Shown: positions 7,165-16,215, counted from the first letter of the stretch. The stretch: 64,000 bases of DNA from Candidatus Micrarchaeia archaeon (GCA_041500405.1 JBGQMB010000001.1:9490-73489); one strand, 5' to 3'. Program-made: numbers and translations. The notes: generated by a model not told the origin, from the letters alone.

Positions 7165-8886
7165 ATGGAAATGCAGATGAAGAAATTGGAGATAACGCGC
7201 CTTTCCAAAACGACATTCCCGATAATGAGTCCGCAAAATGCAGGCAGGATGGTTGAAAACAACTTGAGGATAGACAATATCTTCGCATCGGGCAGGGCGG
7301 CTGACCCGCTGGTTGCGGGGGAGCTTGACGAACTGAAAAAGGAAAGCCTGCACCTGCTGACGATAATGTATCCTCCGAAGGCCTGCAACTTCAAATGCCC
7401 GAACTATTGCTGCACGGAAGGCATCGACAAGGGCAGGCTGGACAACGGGCAGATCCTGGAAATCGTCAGGCAGGCAACCGAGCTGGGCATGAAAGTGACG
7501 TACTTTCCCGGCCTTGGCGAACTGCCCCTGCTGAAGAAATTCTGGGAACTCCAGGAAGAACTTCATAGGATGAGGATAGCTTCAGTCGTGTTCACAAACG
7601 GCAGCGCGTTCTGGGACGACGGGCTGGCAAGGACCGCTACAGGGAAGAGCGCCGAGGAGCTTATAGAGAAGGTCAATGAAATAGGGATGTATCTCTATGT
7701 GAAATACTGGCACTCTGACCCGAAGGAGGCGGCAAGGATGGTTGGCGTTAGGGAAAGCGAGTATCCGTACAAAACGCTGGCGGACGGCATGCGCATCCCG
7801 CTTGCGCTCGCGAGACTGATGGAACGCATGTCTAAAGACAGGCTCGGCGTCGAGGTGATGGTTTCGCGGGAAAATTACGGCGACGTGGTTGCGAACATCA
7901 TGCCCAATATAGAAAAACTTGGCCTTTATGGACTCATGGAGCCGGTCATATTCTCAGGAAAGGCCGAGGGAAGGCAGGCAGAGCTGGCGCTCACGCCGGA
8001 GCAGTATTCATCGCTCGCAGACCAGTTCATAAGCGGCGGGAAATGGTGCATAAAAAGGCAGTCGCGGGAAGCGTCGCTTGTCGGAGAAAACCTGCTGCTG
8101 GCAATGCTGCTGCCGCCGGCACAGGAGAACCGCGTGCTGGACAACAGCGGAGCGCTGAAGCCTATTCTCGGCATACTGCATGGGCCAGAAGCCAGAAGGA
8201 TAAGGGCAGACAACGACAGGTACGGCTGCGTTTGCAGGCACTATTTTCTTGAGAAGCAGAAGGAGAGAAGGATGGACGAACTTTTCGGCGCCTTTGCGCC
8301 TGACTACATCGTTCACATGGACAGAACGAACCACTCTGCAGTCCAGAAAAGAATAATGGACGGGTTTATCGGCCACATAGGAAAGAAGGTCCTTGACATA
8401 GCGACCGGACCGGGCACAATCGCGAAATACGTGAAGGGAGCAAAGTCGGAATGCGAGGTGCACGGAATTGACAGGAACGAAAAGATGCTCATAGAGGCGA
8501 CAAAAGACCCTCAGGGGGTGGAATTCAAGAAAGGCGAGGCCACAGCCCTGCCGGCCAAGGACGGGACTTACGACACCGTAACTTCGTCCTATGCGTTCTA
8601 TTGGATAAAGGATCCGGAAAAGGCGATCTCGGAAGTCGGACGGGTGCTGAAAACAGGCGGAACGTTCATCGTGCTTGAAGAGGAGTTCAACGGCGGGGAC
8701 ACACAACCGGTCTTCTCCAGATACGACCGGGCAGACCTGAAGGAACTTGCCGGTCTGGAGAACTACATCGGCGTGGCACGCGTAAGGCAGATGATAGAGG
8801 CAGCAGGTTTTGAGTTTGTGGAGCAAGTGCAGTATCCGGTTGACGAACGCCACGGCACAGCAGGGATGGCTTTCAGGAAGAGATAA
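7165..8886 (+). CDS. fusion protein: radical-SAM-like N-terminal domain (non-canonical Cys cluster) plus C-terminal class I SAM-dependent methyltransferase
   Basis: 573 aa. N-terminal domain: IMYPPKACNFKCPNYCCTEG (Cx3Cx3CC) and TYFPGLGELPLL, which resembles the radical-SAM GGEP SAM-binding motif. C-terminal domain: VLDIATGPGTIAKYV (motif I), GIDRNEKMLIEA, and LKTGGTFIVLEEEF, typical of UbiE/COQ5-like methyltransferases. Confidence 0.55.
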   Translation: MEMQMKKLEITRLSKTTFPIMSPQNAGRMVENNLRIDNIFASGRAADPLVAGELDELKKESLHLLTIMYPPKACNFKCPNYCCTEGIDKGRLDNGQILEIVRQATELGMKVTYFPGLGELPLLKKFWELQEELHRMRIASVVFTNGSAFWDDGLARTATGKSAEELIEKVNEIGMYLYVKYWHSDPKEAARMVGVRESEYPYKTLADGMRIPLALARLMERMSKDRLGVEVMVSRENYGDVVANIMPNIEKLGLYGLMEPVIFSGKAEGRQAELALTPEQYSSLADQFISGGKWCIKRQSREASLVGENLLLAMLLPPAQENRVLDNSGALKPILGILHGPEARRIRADNDRYGCVCRHYFLEKQKERRMDELFGAFAPDYIVHMDRTNHSAVQKRIMDGFIGHIGKKVLDIATGPGTIAKYVKGAKSECEVHGIDRNEKMLIEATKDPQGVEFKKGEATALPAKDGTYDTVTSSYAFYWIKDPEKAISEVGRVLKTGGTFIVLEEEFNGGDTQPVFSRYDRADLKELAGLENYIGVARVRQMIEAAGFEFVEQVQYPVDERHGTAGMAFRKR

Positions 8887-8900
8887 AAGCAACCCTTTCC

Positions 8901-8910
8901 TTTTTTAAAT
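8901..8910 (+). promoter_or_regulatory. putative TATA box for cysS
   Basis: TTTTTTAAAT centred about 25 nt upstream of the cysS ATG (8930). Implies a short leader or leaderless mRNA. Confidence 0.35.
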
Positions 8911-8929
8911 CCTGATTTCATATCCACCT

Positions 8930-10342
8930 ATGCTTGCACTGTTCAACAGCCTCACAAGGAAAACAGAGGCGTTCGTTCCCATCAGCGGCAAGTCCATCGG
9001 GCTTTACACCTGCGGGCCCACAGTCTACAATTATCCGCACATAGGCAATTACAGGGCATATATCTTCGAGGATATGCTTAGGCGCTGGCTTGAGTACAGG
9101 GGATACATGGTAATGCACATAATGAACATAACCGACGTTGACGACAAGACCATAAGGGACTCGCAGAAGGAGAAAATCCCGCTCAAGGCGTTCACTGCAA
9201 GGTACGAGAAGGCGTTTTTCGAGGACATAAAGACGCTAAACATAGAGCCTGCATACCTTTACCCAAGGGCGACGGAGCACATACCGGAAATGGTTGCCAT
9301 GATAAGGAAGCTGATGGACAAGGGGTATGCTTACAAGGGAGAGGACGGCTCAACCTATTTCTCAATCGCAAAATTCAAGGGCTATGGCAAGCTCTCCCAT
9401 CTTGACGTTTCAAAGCTCAAGGCCGGCGCAAGGGTCTCCCACGACGAGTACGAGAAGCAGCAGCTTGCGGATTTCGTGCTCTGGAAGGCCTGGGACGAAA
9501 AGGACGGAAATGTTTTCTGGGAAACGGAACTGGGAAAGGGAAGGCCGGGCTGGCACATTGAGTGCTCCGCGATGAGCATGAAATACCTCGGCGAGACTTT
9601 CGACATCCATTGCGGCGGAGTCGACAACATGTTTCCGCACCACGAGAACGAGATTGCGCAGAGCGAGGCAGCAAGCGGGAAAAAATTCGTGAATTGCTGG
9701 CTGCACGCCGAGCACCTCATGGTTGAAGGAAAGAAGATGAGCAAGAGCCTTGGCAATTTCTACACGCTAAGGGACCTGCTTTCAAAGGGCCACCATCCCA
9801 AGGCAATACGCTGGCTTCTGCTTTCCACGCATTACAGGCAGCAGCTGAACTTCACGTTCGGCGCGCTTGAGTCTTCTGCGAAAACCGTCCAGAACCTGCT
9901 GGACCTTGCGCTCAAGCTCAGATGCGCAAACGGAAAGCAGGATTACGAGACAGACAGGAAGGTGGAGGCATTCATTTCCAAGCTCATTTCCGGCTTTGAG
10001 AAAAACATGGACAACGACCTCCATATTTCTGAGGCGCTTGCAGAGCTGTTCAGCTTTGTTTCTGAGGTGAACAAGCTCCTTTTGCAGAACAAGATAAGCA
10101 AGGCCAATGCCGGGAAAATCCTTGACGCGCTTTTCAAGATTGACAGGGCGCTTGGCATAATCGGCGAAGGCGAAAAATTGCCTGAGGACGTGGCCAAGCT
10201 CATCGATGAAAGGAAGGCCGCAAGGAAGGCGAAGGACTGGAAAAGGGCGGACGAGCTGAGAAGCATGATAAAGGGCATGGGGTACAATGTGATGGACAGC
10301 GGGGACGATACGCTTGTCGGAGTTTCTGTAATTAAGCAATAA
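8930..10342 (+). CDS. cysS: cysteinyl-tRNA synthetase
   Basis: Class I motifs HIGN (YNYPHIGNYRAYIFEDML) and KMSKS (KMSKSLGN). Zinc/cysteine-binding CGGVDNMFPHHENE region. 470 aa. Confidence 0.95.
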   Translation: MLALFNSLTRKTEAFVPISGKSIGLYTCGPTVYNYPHIGNYRAYIFEDMLRRWLEYRGYMVMHIMNITDVDDKTIRDSQKEKIPLKAFTARYEKAFFEDIKTLNIEPAYLYPRATEHIPEMVAMIRKLMDKGYAYKGEDGSTYFSIAKFKGYGKLSHLDVSKLKAGARVSHDEYEKQQLADFVLWKAWDEKDGNVFWETELGKGRPGWHIECSAMSMKYLGETFDIHCGGVDNMFPHHENEIAQSEAASGKKFVNCWLHAEHLMVEGKKMSKSLGNFYTLRDLLSKGHHPKAIRWLLLSTHYRQQLNFTFGALESSAKTVQNLLDLALKLRCANGKQDYETDRKVEAFISKLISGFEKNMDNDLHISEALAELFSFVSEVNKLLLQNKISKANAGKILDALFKIDRALGIIGEGEKLPEDVAKLIDERKAARKAKDWKRADELRSMIKGMGYNVMDSGDDTLVGVSVIKQ

Positions 10343-10344
10343 CT

Positions 10345-11001
10345 TTATGCAATGCCTTTGTCGATGTTGCTTAATATTGCCTTAAGTCCGTCTGCATCCT
10401 TGACATAATGGACCTTGCAGCCGAGTTTGTTGATGTATGACTCAAGCTCGTAGCCAAGGCTTTGCCTGAAGAACGGAGAGTATATTATAAGAGAGAACGG
10501 AACCCTGTCCCCTGCTATTATTTTGGGGTGTATCGCCTTCTTTGATGCCTTGACTTCCGGCTTTCCGTCGCTGAAAAGCTTATACAAATAATACGCGTAT
10601 GCGACCTCGCCCATCGCGCCAAGGCTGTTCCCGAGCATCAGGATGCAATCCCCGAAAAGGCAGTGCACAAGGTCCTGCTTGTACCAGCTGTGCGTGTCCA
10701 ATATTTCGTCGAATACCCTCTTTCCGTGCATTTCCGAATTGAGGTAAGGCTCAAGGTGGAGTATGCCGAATTCCTTGTCCTCGATCGGGACAGTTCCGTA
10801 AACCCTCTTTCCGTTTAGGCCCTTGTAGCGTGTTGCAATGTCGTAGCATATTCCGTTGTCCGGCAGGAGCACGATTTCGTGCTCGCTTATGGCTTTTGCT
10901 ATATTGTCAAGGTGCGAGTCAAAAACCGCCTTGTCCATGCCAAGAAGCTCAAGGAAATGGTATCTCACATCGCCTGGCCCAACGAGGCTTATCCTTAGCA
11001 T
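10345..11001 (-). CDS. hypothetical Rossmann-like protein (possibly LOG/SLOG-type nucleotide-binding fold)
   Basis: 218 aa. ISLVGPGDV N-terminal beta-strand/Gly motif and later LGNSLGAMGEVAYAY, reminiscent of the PGGxGTxxE motif of the LOG family. Weak assignment. Confidence 0.35.
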   Translation of the reverse strand: MLRISLVGPGDVRYHFLELLGMDKAVFDSHLDNIAKAISEHEIVLLPDNGICYDIATRYKGLNGKRVYGTVPIEDKEFGILHLEPYLNSEMHGKRVFDEILDTHSWYKQDLVHCLFGDCILMLGNSLGAMGEVAYAYYLYKLFSDGKPEVKASKKAIHPKIIAGDRVPFSLIIYSPFFRQSLGYELESYINKLGCKVHYVKDADGLKAILSNIDKGIA

Positions 11002-11004
11002 ATG

Positions 11005-11793
11005 TCAATGTTGCGGAGGCTCGGTTTTAATGCTTTCCCTTTTTCCGAAATTGAACCTGAAAAAAGGCAAAACCTTGAACCTCTTTGCCGTCTTGTCAAT
11101 GTTCAAAAGGCCTATCTGGGCCCCGCGGAGGCGCTTTTTGCAGATGTTGACAAGGCCTATCGCCAAGCCGTCAAGCTCGGCAATATTGTTGATTGTGGCA
11201 AGCGCAATGCCCCTCATATAGTTTATCTCGTTCACGCCGATTGCGGATATGGAGGCGGCAAAGCCCCTCATTTCTCCTATAACATTGAGCGAGTGCACAA
11301 GCCCAAGCGTGATGACTGCGGCAATGGGCCCGGCCCTGCCCAGGTCCGCCACAGAATACATGCCTCCAAATGACACCAATGCCTTGTGCAGCTCCTTTAT
11401 GTCTGTGATGGACAAAAGCAAAGACATCGTGGTGGCGCCTTCGGTCCTTTCAATGCTGCTTATAGCAACCCCTGCGCCGAGCGTATCCACGCTGATTCTG
11501 CACTTTCCAATCCTGTTCTCTGCCATAATGCCTGCCGCCAAAACGCTCTTTTCAGCAACCTCTATGTCGTTGGACGCCCCGACGCCGAGCGCGGACACGC
11601 CGCCCCTTGCAACCTTGATTTCATTGTCAGCTTCGCAGATACAGGCCGTTCCAACGGCGCCTTCCGCGCGCTCTATTTTGTTTTTTGCTGATGCGCAGAA
11701 CGCCAAGATGCCCCTGCTCCTTTGGGCCTCGTCCAGCCTAAGGTTTCCCCTGAGCATTATCTGCGGCATGCGCGCTGCCATCATTTTTTTCAT
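11005..11793 (-). CDS. beta-helix-type repeat protein (bactofilin/hexapeptide-like), hypothetical
   Basis: 262 aa dominated by about 18-20-aa repeats with Gly/Ala/Val/Ile periodicity: NEIKVARGGVSALGVGASNDIEVAEKSVLAAGIMAENRIGKCRISVDTLGAGVAISSIERTEGA. Confidence 0.45.
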   Translation of the reverse strand: MKKMMAARMPQIMLRGNLRLDEAQRSRGILAFCASAKNKIERAEGAVGTACICEADNEIKVARGGVSALGVGASNDIEVAEKSVLAAGIMAENRIGKCRISVDTLGAGVAISSIERTEGATTMSLLLSITDIKELHKALVSFGGMYSVADLGRAGPIAAVITLGLVHSLNVIGEMRGFAASISAIGVNEINYMRGIALATINNIAELDGLAIGLVNICKKRLRGAQIGLLNIDKTAKRFKVLPFFRFNFGKRESIKTEPPQH

Positions 11794-11889
11794 GCATATC
11801 TTTAGTTAGTTATATTTTTTAAATGTTTGTGGAAGATAAAACAGATCCGGCGCATAAACCTTTTATATCTCCTTGGCATTTAGCTTTTC

Positions 11890-12195
11890 ATGGGAATAAT
11901 ATCTGAGTTCAAGGACTTCCTGCAGGAGTACAAGGTAATGGGCCTGGCAGTGGCGTTCATAATGGCTGTTGCGGCAACGGCGCTCGTGCAGTCGTTGGTC
12001 AGCAACATCATAATGCCGCTGGTTTCGCCGTTCATACCAGGCGGGGACTGGCAGACCGCGGTGCTTGCCATAGGGCCGTTTAACTTCGGCTGGGGCCCGT
12101 TCCTTGCTGCGCTGGTAAACTTCATCATAATCGCCTTTGCGGTGTTCCTTATCGCGAAGTCGCTGATGAAGGGAACCAAAGCCTCCAAGAAGTAA
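11890..12195 (+). CDS. mscL: large-conductance mechanosensitive channel
   Basis: 101 aa. FKDFLQEYKVMGLAVAFIMAVAATALVQSLVSNIIMPL matches the MscL N-terminal amphipathic helix plus TM1 consensus (FKEF...GNVVDLAVGVIIG...V..DIIMP), followed by a second TM helix. Confidence 0.75.
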   Translation: MGIISEFKDFLQEYKVMGLAVAFIMAVAATALVQSLVSNIIMPLVSPFIPGGDWQTAVLAIGPFNFGWGPFLAALVNFIIIAFAVFLIAKSLMKGTKASKK

Positions 12196-12200
12196 ACCCT

Positions 12201-12227
12201 TTGTTTTTAATTTATTTTTTTAATTTC
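12201..12227 (+). terminator. oligo-T archaeal terminator after mscL
   Basis: TTGTTTTTAATTTATTTTTTTAATTTC immediately after the mscL stop, followed by the small hairpin CTGGC-GCTTA-GCCAG. Confidence 0.4.
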
Positions 12228-12419
12228 TGCTGGCGCTTAGCCAGACCCCATATTCTTTCATATAACCATTCCATCCCTCTTTTTACCCTTTACTCTATAC
12301 CAATCATCGTCCCACATGGCAAGTTTTTTAAAGAGTTATTTTTAAATGCCCTTGTGGCGCCTGCAAAAAAGGCAGAAAAAAGCGAAAAGGCCAATGACGG
12401 CAACGGAGGGGTATGCACA

Positions 12420-13115
12420 ATGCTCAAAAAATACATTCAGATGTTCCCGTTCGTGAGGAAGGAGCTGGGCGAGCTTGCGGCAAACCCGAACAAGGCAATG
12501 CCCAAGGAGATAGAAAACTCGACGGCAATCCGCGGCCTGAAGGACGCGGCAATCTCCGCATTCGTCTTTTCCACAGTCATGTCGCTTTTCTGGATTATAT
12601 TTAGCATGCGGACCCTTCTGCCGGCGCTGGCGGCGATGCCCTTGGTCGTGGTTGGCATGGTGATAAGCGTATACGCAATTTCGCTTGTCGCGACGATTTT
12701 GTTAAACATTGTGCTTGAGCTGATTCCGACTGCCTGCGTGTATTATCTCATAGCAAAAGTCTTGGGCGGCAAGGGCTCATTTGGAAAGACCTTGGGAATG
12801 CTCAGCACGATATCGGCGCCTAGAAACCTCCTGCTCATCGCACTGCTTGTGATTTCGGGCATACTGATGGCGATTGTCAACACGTTCCTGGGAAGCCTTT
12901 ACACAATCGCATACATACTGGTAATTCTGGGCGGCACTGCGCTGGCGTTCTTCCAGCTTTACCTCAACTACAAGATGGTCAGGATGCTCCACGGCCTTTC
13001 AAGGGGCAAGTCCGTTGTGGTTGTCGCGATTCCGCCTTTGATGGCGATTGCAGTTGTGATGGCGCTTGTGTCATGGATAATTTCCATCGTTGCGTCCATA
13101 ATGCCCGCCGCCTAG
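12420..13115 (+). CDS. polytopic membrane protein, paralog 1 of 3 (Yip1-like?)
   Basis: Shares KYIxMFPFVRKEL, AKVLGGKGSFGKTLGMLSTI and YLNYKMVRMLHGLS with the next two genes. Start set at MLKKY (12420); the longer track ORF 12201.. is probably an upstream extension. Confidence 0.55.
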   Translation: MLKKYIQMFPFVRKELGELAANPNKAMPKEIENSTAIRGLKDAAISAFVFSTVMSLFWIIFSMRTLLPALAAMPLVVVGMVISVYAISLVATILLNIVLELIPTACVYYLIAKVLGGKGSFGKTLGMLSTISAPRNLLLIALLVISGILMAIVNTFLGSLYTIAYILVILGGTALAFFQLYLNYKMVRMLHGLSRGKSVVVVAIPPLMAIAVVMALVSWIISIVASIMPAA

Positions 13116-13164
13116 GCGCGCGGGCCCGTTTCCATTTTTAAATTTTTCCTATCCAGCGTAGGCT

Positions 13165-13878
13165 ATGGCAGACAATTCTTGGGTTGTTGGTCTTAAGGAC
13201 CTGATAAGGAAATACATTATGATTTTCCCGTTCGTGAGGAAGAAGGAATTCACAGAAATAATAATAAACCCGGATTCCGCGATCCCGAACGAGATAAAGA
13301 CGTCCTCGATAGGCAAGGGATTCAAGGATGCAGTGGTGCCCTACCTTTTCATCGTCATCATAGGGTCCGTAATCAGCGCTTTGATAAGCATTGCAATGTC
13401 TGCGGCCGGACTTGGCGCTGCCGGGATTGTGAATACGGTAATATCAAGCGCCATCCAGTTCGTAATCGCGCTGGTCATCGCCCCCATTTTCCTTGCGGTT
13501 GCGCTGTTCCTGACAGCGGCGCTGTATTTCATCCTGGCAAAGGTGCTTGGCGGAAAAGGCAGTTTCGGGAAGACGATGGGCATGCTCGGCACCATAGTGG
13601 GCCCGATATGCCTGCTCAACATAATAACCAACATTTTGAGCGTGATACCGCTGGTTGCATGCATAGCGGCCATACCGGCGCTGGCAATAAGCATATACTG
13701 CCTTTACCTTAACTTCAGGATGGTCAAGGCGCTGCACAGCCTGGATGATATTAAGGCGGCGGTGGTCGTAATAATACCGATACTGCTGGCGATTGCGCTT
13801 ACCATTGCCGTGATAGCGGTGATGGCATCCATGCTGGGAATGGCGGCATACACGCAGGCATTGCCGTCCACGGGCTGA
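13165..13878 (+). CDS. polytopic membrane protein, paralog 2 of 3
   Basis: 237 aa. MADNSWVVGLKDLIRKYIMIFPFVRKKEF, AKVLGGKGSFGKTMGMLGTI and YLNFRMVKALHSL, conserved with paralogs 1 and 3. Confidence 0.6.
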   Translation: MADNSWVVGLKDLIRKYIMIFPFVRKKEFTEIIINPDSAIPNEIKTSSIGKGFKDAVVPYLFIVIIGSVISALISIAMSAAGLGAAGIVNTVISSAIQFVIALVIAPIFLAVALFLTAALYFILAKVLGGKGSFGKTMGMLGTIVGPICLLNIITNILSVIPLVACIAAIPALAISIYCLYLNFRMVKALHSLDDIKAAVVVIIPILLAIALTIAVIAVMASMLGMAAYTQALPSTG

Positions 13879-14107
13879 ACCGGGATACATTTAAAAGTCT
13901 TTCCGGGCATGGATTGCACTTAGCGTTGACAATTGGGTGATTATTTGGGCTCAAAACCAAGAAAATGGAAGAAGAAAGGCAAAATGAGATGGAAATGGAT
14001 AAAGAAGAGAAGAAAAAGGCTCAAGAGAAAGCTTAAGAGAAGGGTCGGCGAGCTTTGAAGTTGCGTCGGACCCTCATTTTTTAAACATTTACTGCGCAAA
14101 ACAGAAT

Positions 14108-14836
14108 ATGGCAGAGAATTCCCTGATTATTACGCTGAAGGACTGGACAAGGAAATACATAATGCTTTTTCCGTATATTAGGAAAAAGGAATTCGCTGGT
14201 ATGGTAACCAACCCTGATTCCGCAATCCAGGCCGAGGTAAATTCAGCCTCAGCGTTGAAAGGGGTTGGTGATGCCATACTTTCGTTGTGGCTATACATAA
14301 TAACAAAGTCTTGTTTTGTTATAGTTTTGTTCCTTGCGGCAGTCATCATATCAGCTTTTGCCAGCAGAGCAGCAGGCGTCGCAAGCACATATAGCAGCGG
14401 AGAATTAATGGGCCCAATCGCAACCCTAGTTTTGAATTCAGCCAGTGCGCTCGTAATCTTGCCTTTTTTACTGGCCATTGGACTGTTTATTGCGGCCGTC
14501 ATATATTTTGTTGTCGCGAAGATACTCGGCGGAAAGGGAAGCTTCGGCAAGACGATGGGAATGCTCGGCACCATAGCAGGCATCGTATTCCTGCTCACGA
14601 TAATACCAGACATTTTGTGCATTATTCCATTTGGTATATTGATAGCGGCTATACCATTATTGGCCGTATTGATTTTCGCCCTTTACCTCAATTTCAAGAT
14701 GATCCAGAGCCTTCACGGACTCAGCGGCATCAAGGCAGCGGCCGTGGTGGTAATATCGTTGCTGATAATAACCGCTCCATTTATCCTTGCCGGAGCCGTG
14801 CTGTTAATGCTATTATTCAATTTTGCACATATGTAA
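14108..14836 (+). CDS. polytopic membrane protein, paralog 3 of 3
   Basis: 242 aa. MAENSLIITLKDWTRKYIMLFPYIRKKEF, AKILGGKGSFGKTMGMLGTI and YLNFKMIQSLHGLS. Confidence 0.6.
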   Translation: MAENSLIITLKDWTRKYIMLFPYIRKKEFAGMVTNPDSAIQAEVNSASALKGVGDAILSLWLYIITKSCFVIVLFLAAVIISAFASRAAGVASTYSSGELMGPIATLVLNSASALVILPFLLAIGLFIAAVIYFVVAKILGGKGSFGKTMGMLGTIAGIVFLLTIIPDILCIIPFGILIAAIPLLAVLIFALYLNFKMIQSLHGLSGIKAAAVVVISLLIITAPFILAGAVLLMLLFNFAHM

Positions 14837-14874
14837 GTTCTGGCATCCGTGCTGGCGTGGGTTTAACGAATAGA

Positions 14875-16215
14875 TCATTTCGTTTCCTTGTACAGTTTCT
14901 CCATCCTTGCGTACAATCCCTTTCCGTTTTTTGCAGCAAGTTTTTCGTCCATCGAGCTTGCCCATATCCTTATCAGCGGCTCCGTTCCGCTTACCCTTAC
15001 CATAATCCAGTAATCCTTGTAGTCAACCCTTGTGGTCTCGTTGTCCATGTTTATTGCATTGTCCTTCTCGAACGTTTTCCTCACCTTTGCCATGAATTTT
15101 GCCGATTTTGCCTTGTCCATCATAAGCTTTTCCTTGTGTATGTGCCAAACCGGAAGCACGGAAACAAGGTTCTTCAGCTTTTTGCCGTCAAGCATCTCCA
15201 TTATCTTCAATGCGGTGAACATGCCGTCCTTTGCCAGGCTCAATTCCTTCCAGATTGTCCCGCCTACCTCCTCCCCGCCTGCCATCATGCCGTCTTCCAG
15301 CATCTTCTCGGCAACATAGGAAGCCCCGACCTTCGTGTACCTTACCTTGAAGCCGGCCTTTTCCGCAATGTGGTTCACGAGCTTCGAGCTTGCAATCGTT
15401 GTCGCAACGTCCCCCTTCAGCCCCTCCTCGTACATCTTCTTCACTGCAAGCGAGAACACAACATCCCCGCTTACGAAATTTCCGTTTTCATCAACCATGC
15501 TCAGCCTGTCGCCATCCCCGTCAAAGGCCAGGCCAGGCAGGCCCTGGCTCCTGCATGTTTCCATGAGCAGCTTGAGGTTTGCCTGCGAGGGCTCCGACTC
15601 CCTTCCGGGGAAGTTTCCGTCCATCGTGGCGTTGAGCCAAACGGTGTCCAGCTCAAGCTCCCTGAGTATCTTTGAGAATATGTCAACAGTGACGCCGTTT
15701 CCGTAGTCAACCACAAACCTCTTTCCCTTCAGCTTTTTCCTGTCTATGAGCTCAAGCACCCTTTCTATGTAGAATGCGGATGCGCTCTCGCGCCTGTCCC
15801 TATCCTTTCCAACGCAGTTCCAGTTTGCAAGGCTCGTGCCCTTCGCGACCATTTTGTTTGACGTTTCCTTGTTTATGATTACGCCTCTCCTGTCGGCTAT
15901 CTTTATGCCGTTGTACTCCGGAGGGTTGTGGCTCGCCGTGACTATGAAAAGGCCGTCATACCTCTTGAATGTGTTGTAGAACTCCGCAACCGGGCTCGGG
16001 CAGTATCCAAGCTCTATGGCATCGCTTCCGCCGTCCATTATGCCGGAAATCAGGCTATGGTATATTGAAGGCGATGTAAGCCTGTGGTCCATCGCAACGA
16101 CGATGTTCTTGCCCAGCTGGGGCGCGAAAATGTTGCCTATCTCGTATGCAGTCCTGCCGTTTATCTCGTCGAATAGCCCCCTGACGCCCGATGTTCCGAA
16201 GTCCATATTCAACAA
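14875..16215 (-). CDS. phosphohexomutase (phosphoglucosamine/phosphomanno-/phosphoglucomutase family)
   Basis: Active-site serine loop TASHNPPEYNGIK, FGTSGVRG N-terminal motif, metal-binding DGDGDR. 446 aa. Confidence 0.85.
   Translation of the reverse strand: MLNMDFGTSGVRGLFDEINGRTAYEIGNIFAPQLGKNIVVAMDHRLTSPSIYHSLISGIMDGGSDAIELGYCPSPVAEFYNTFKRYDGLFIVTASHNPPEYNGIKIADRRGVIINKETSNKMVAKGTSLANWNCVGKDRDRRESASAFYIERVLELIDRKKLKGKRFVVDYGNGVTVDIFSKILRELELDTVWLNATMDGNFPGRESEPSQANLKLLMETCRSQGLPGLAFDGDGDRLSMVDENGNFVSGDVVFSLAVKKMYEEGLKGDVATTIASSKLVNHIAEKAGFKVRYTKVGASYVAEKMLEDGMMAGGEEVGGTIWKELSLAKDGMFTALKIMEMLDGKKLKNLVSVLPVWHIHKEKLMMDKAKSAKFMAKVRKTFEKDNAINMDNETTRVDYKDYWIMVRVSGTEPLIRIWASSMDEKLAAKNGKGLYARMEKLYKETK

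Noticed and set aside
8008-8892. 294-aa minus-strand ORF antisense to the rSAM-like/MTase gene
   Set aside because: The plus-strand frame carries coherent SAM-MTase motifs. The antisense translation is Cys/Arg-rich noise.
12201-12419. Upstream 73-aa extension of the first membrane paralog
   Set aside because: Paralogs 2 and 3 start at the position equivalent to 12420. The extension covers the mscL terminator T-tract and promoter-like AT-rich DNA.
13965-14057. 30-aa highly charged mini-ORF ([30 protein letters not shown]) in the spacer between membrane paralogs 2 and 3
   Set aside because: Purine-rich low-complexity sequence with no SD or TATA support. More likely a spacer remnant than a gene.
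14617-15675. 352-aa plus-strand ORF overlapping the phosphohexomutase gene
   Set aside because: The minus strand encodes an unmistakable PGM/PMM (TASHNPPEYNGIK). The plus ORF is Cys/His/Leu-rich antisense.
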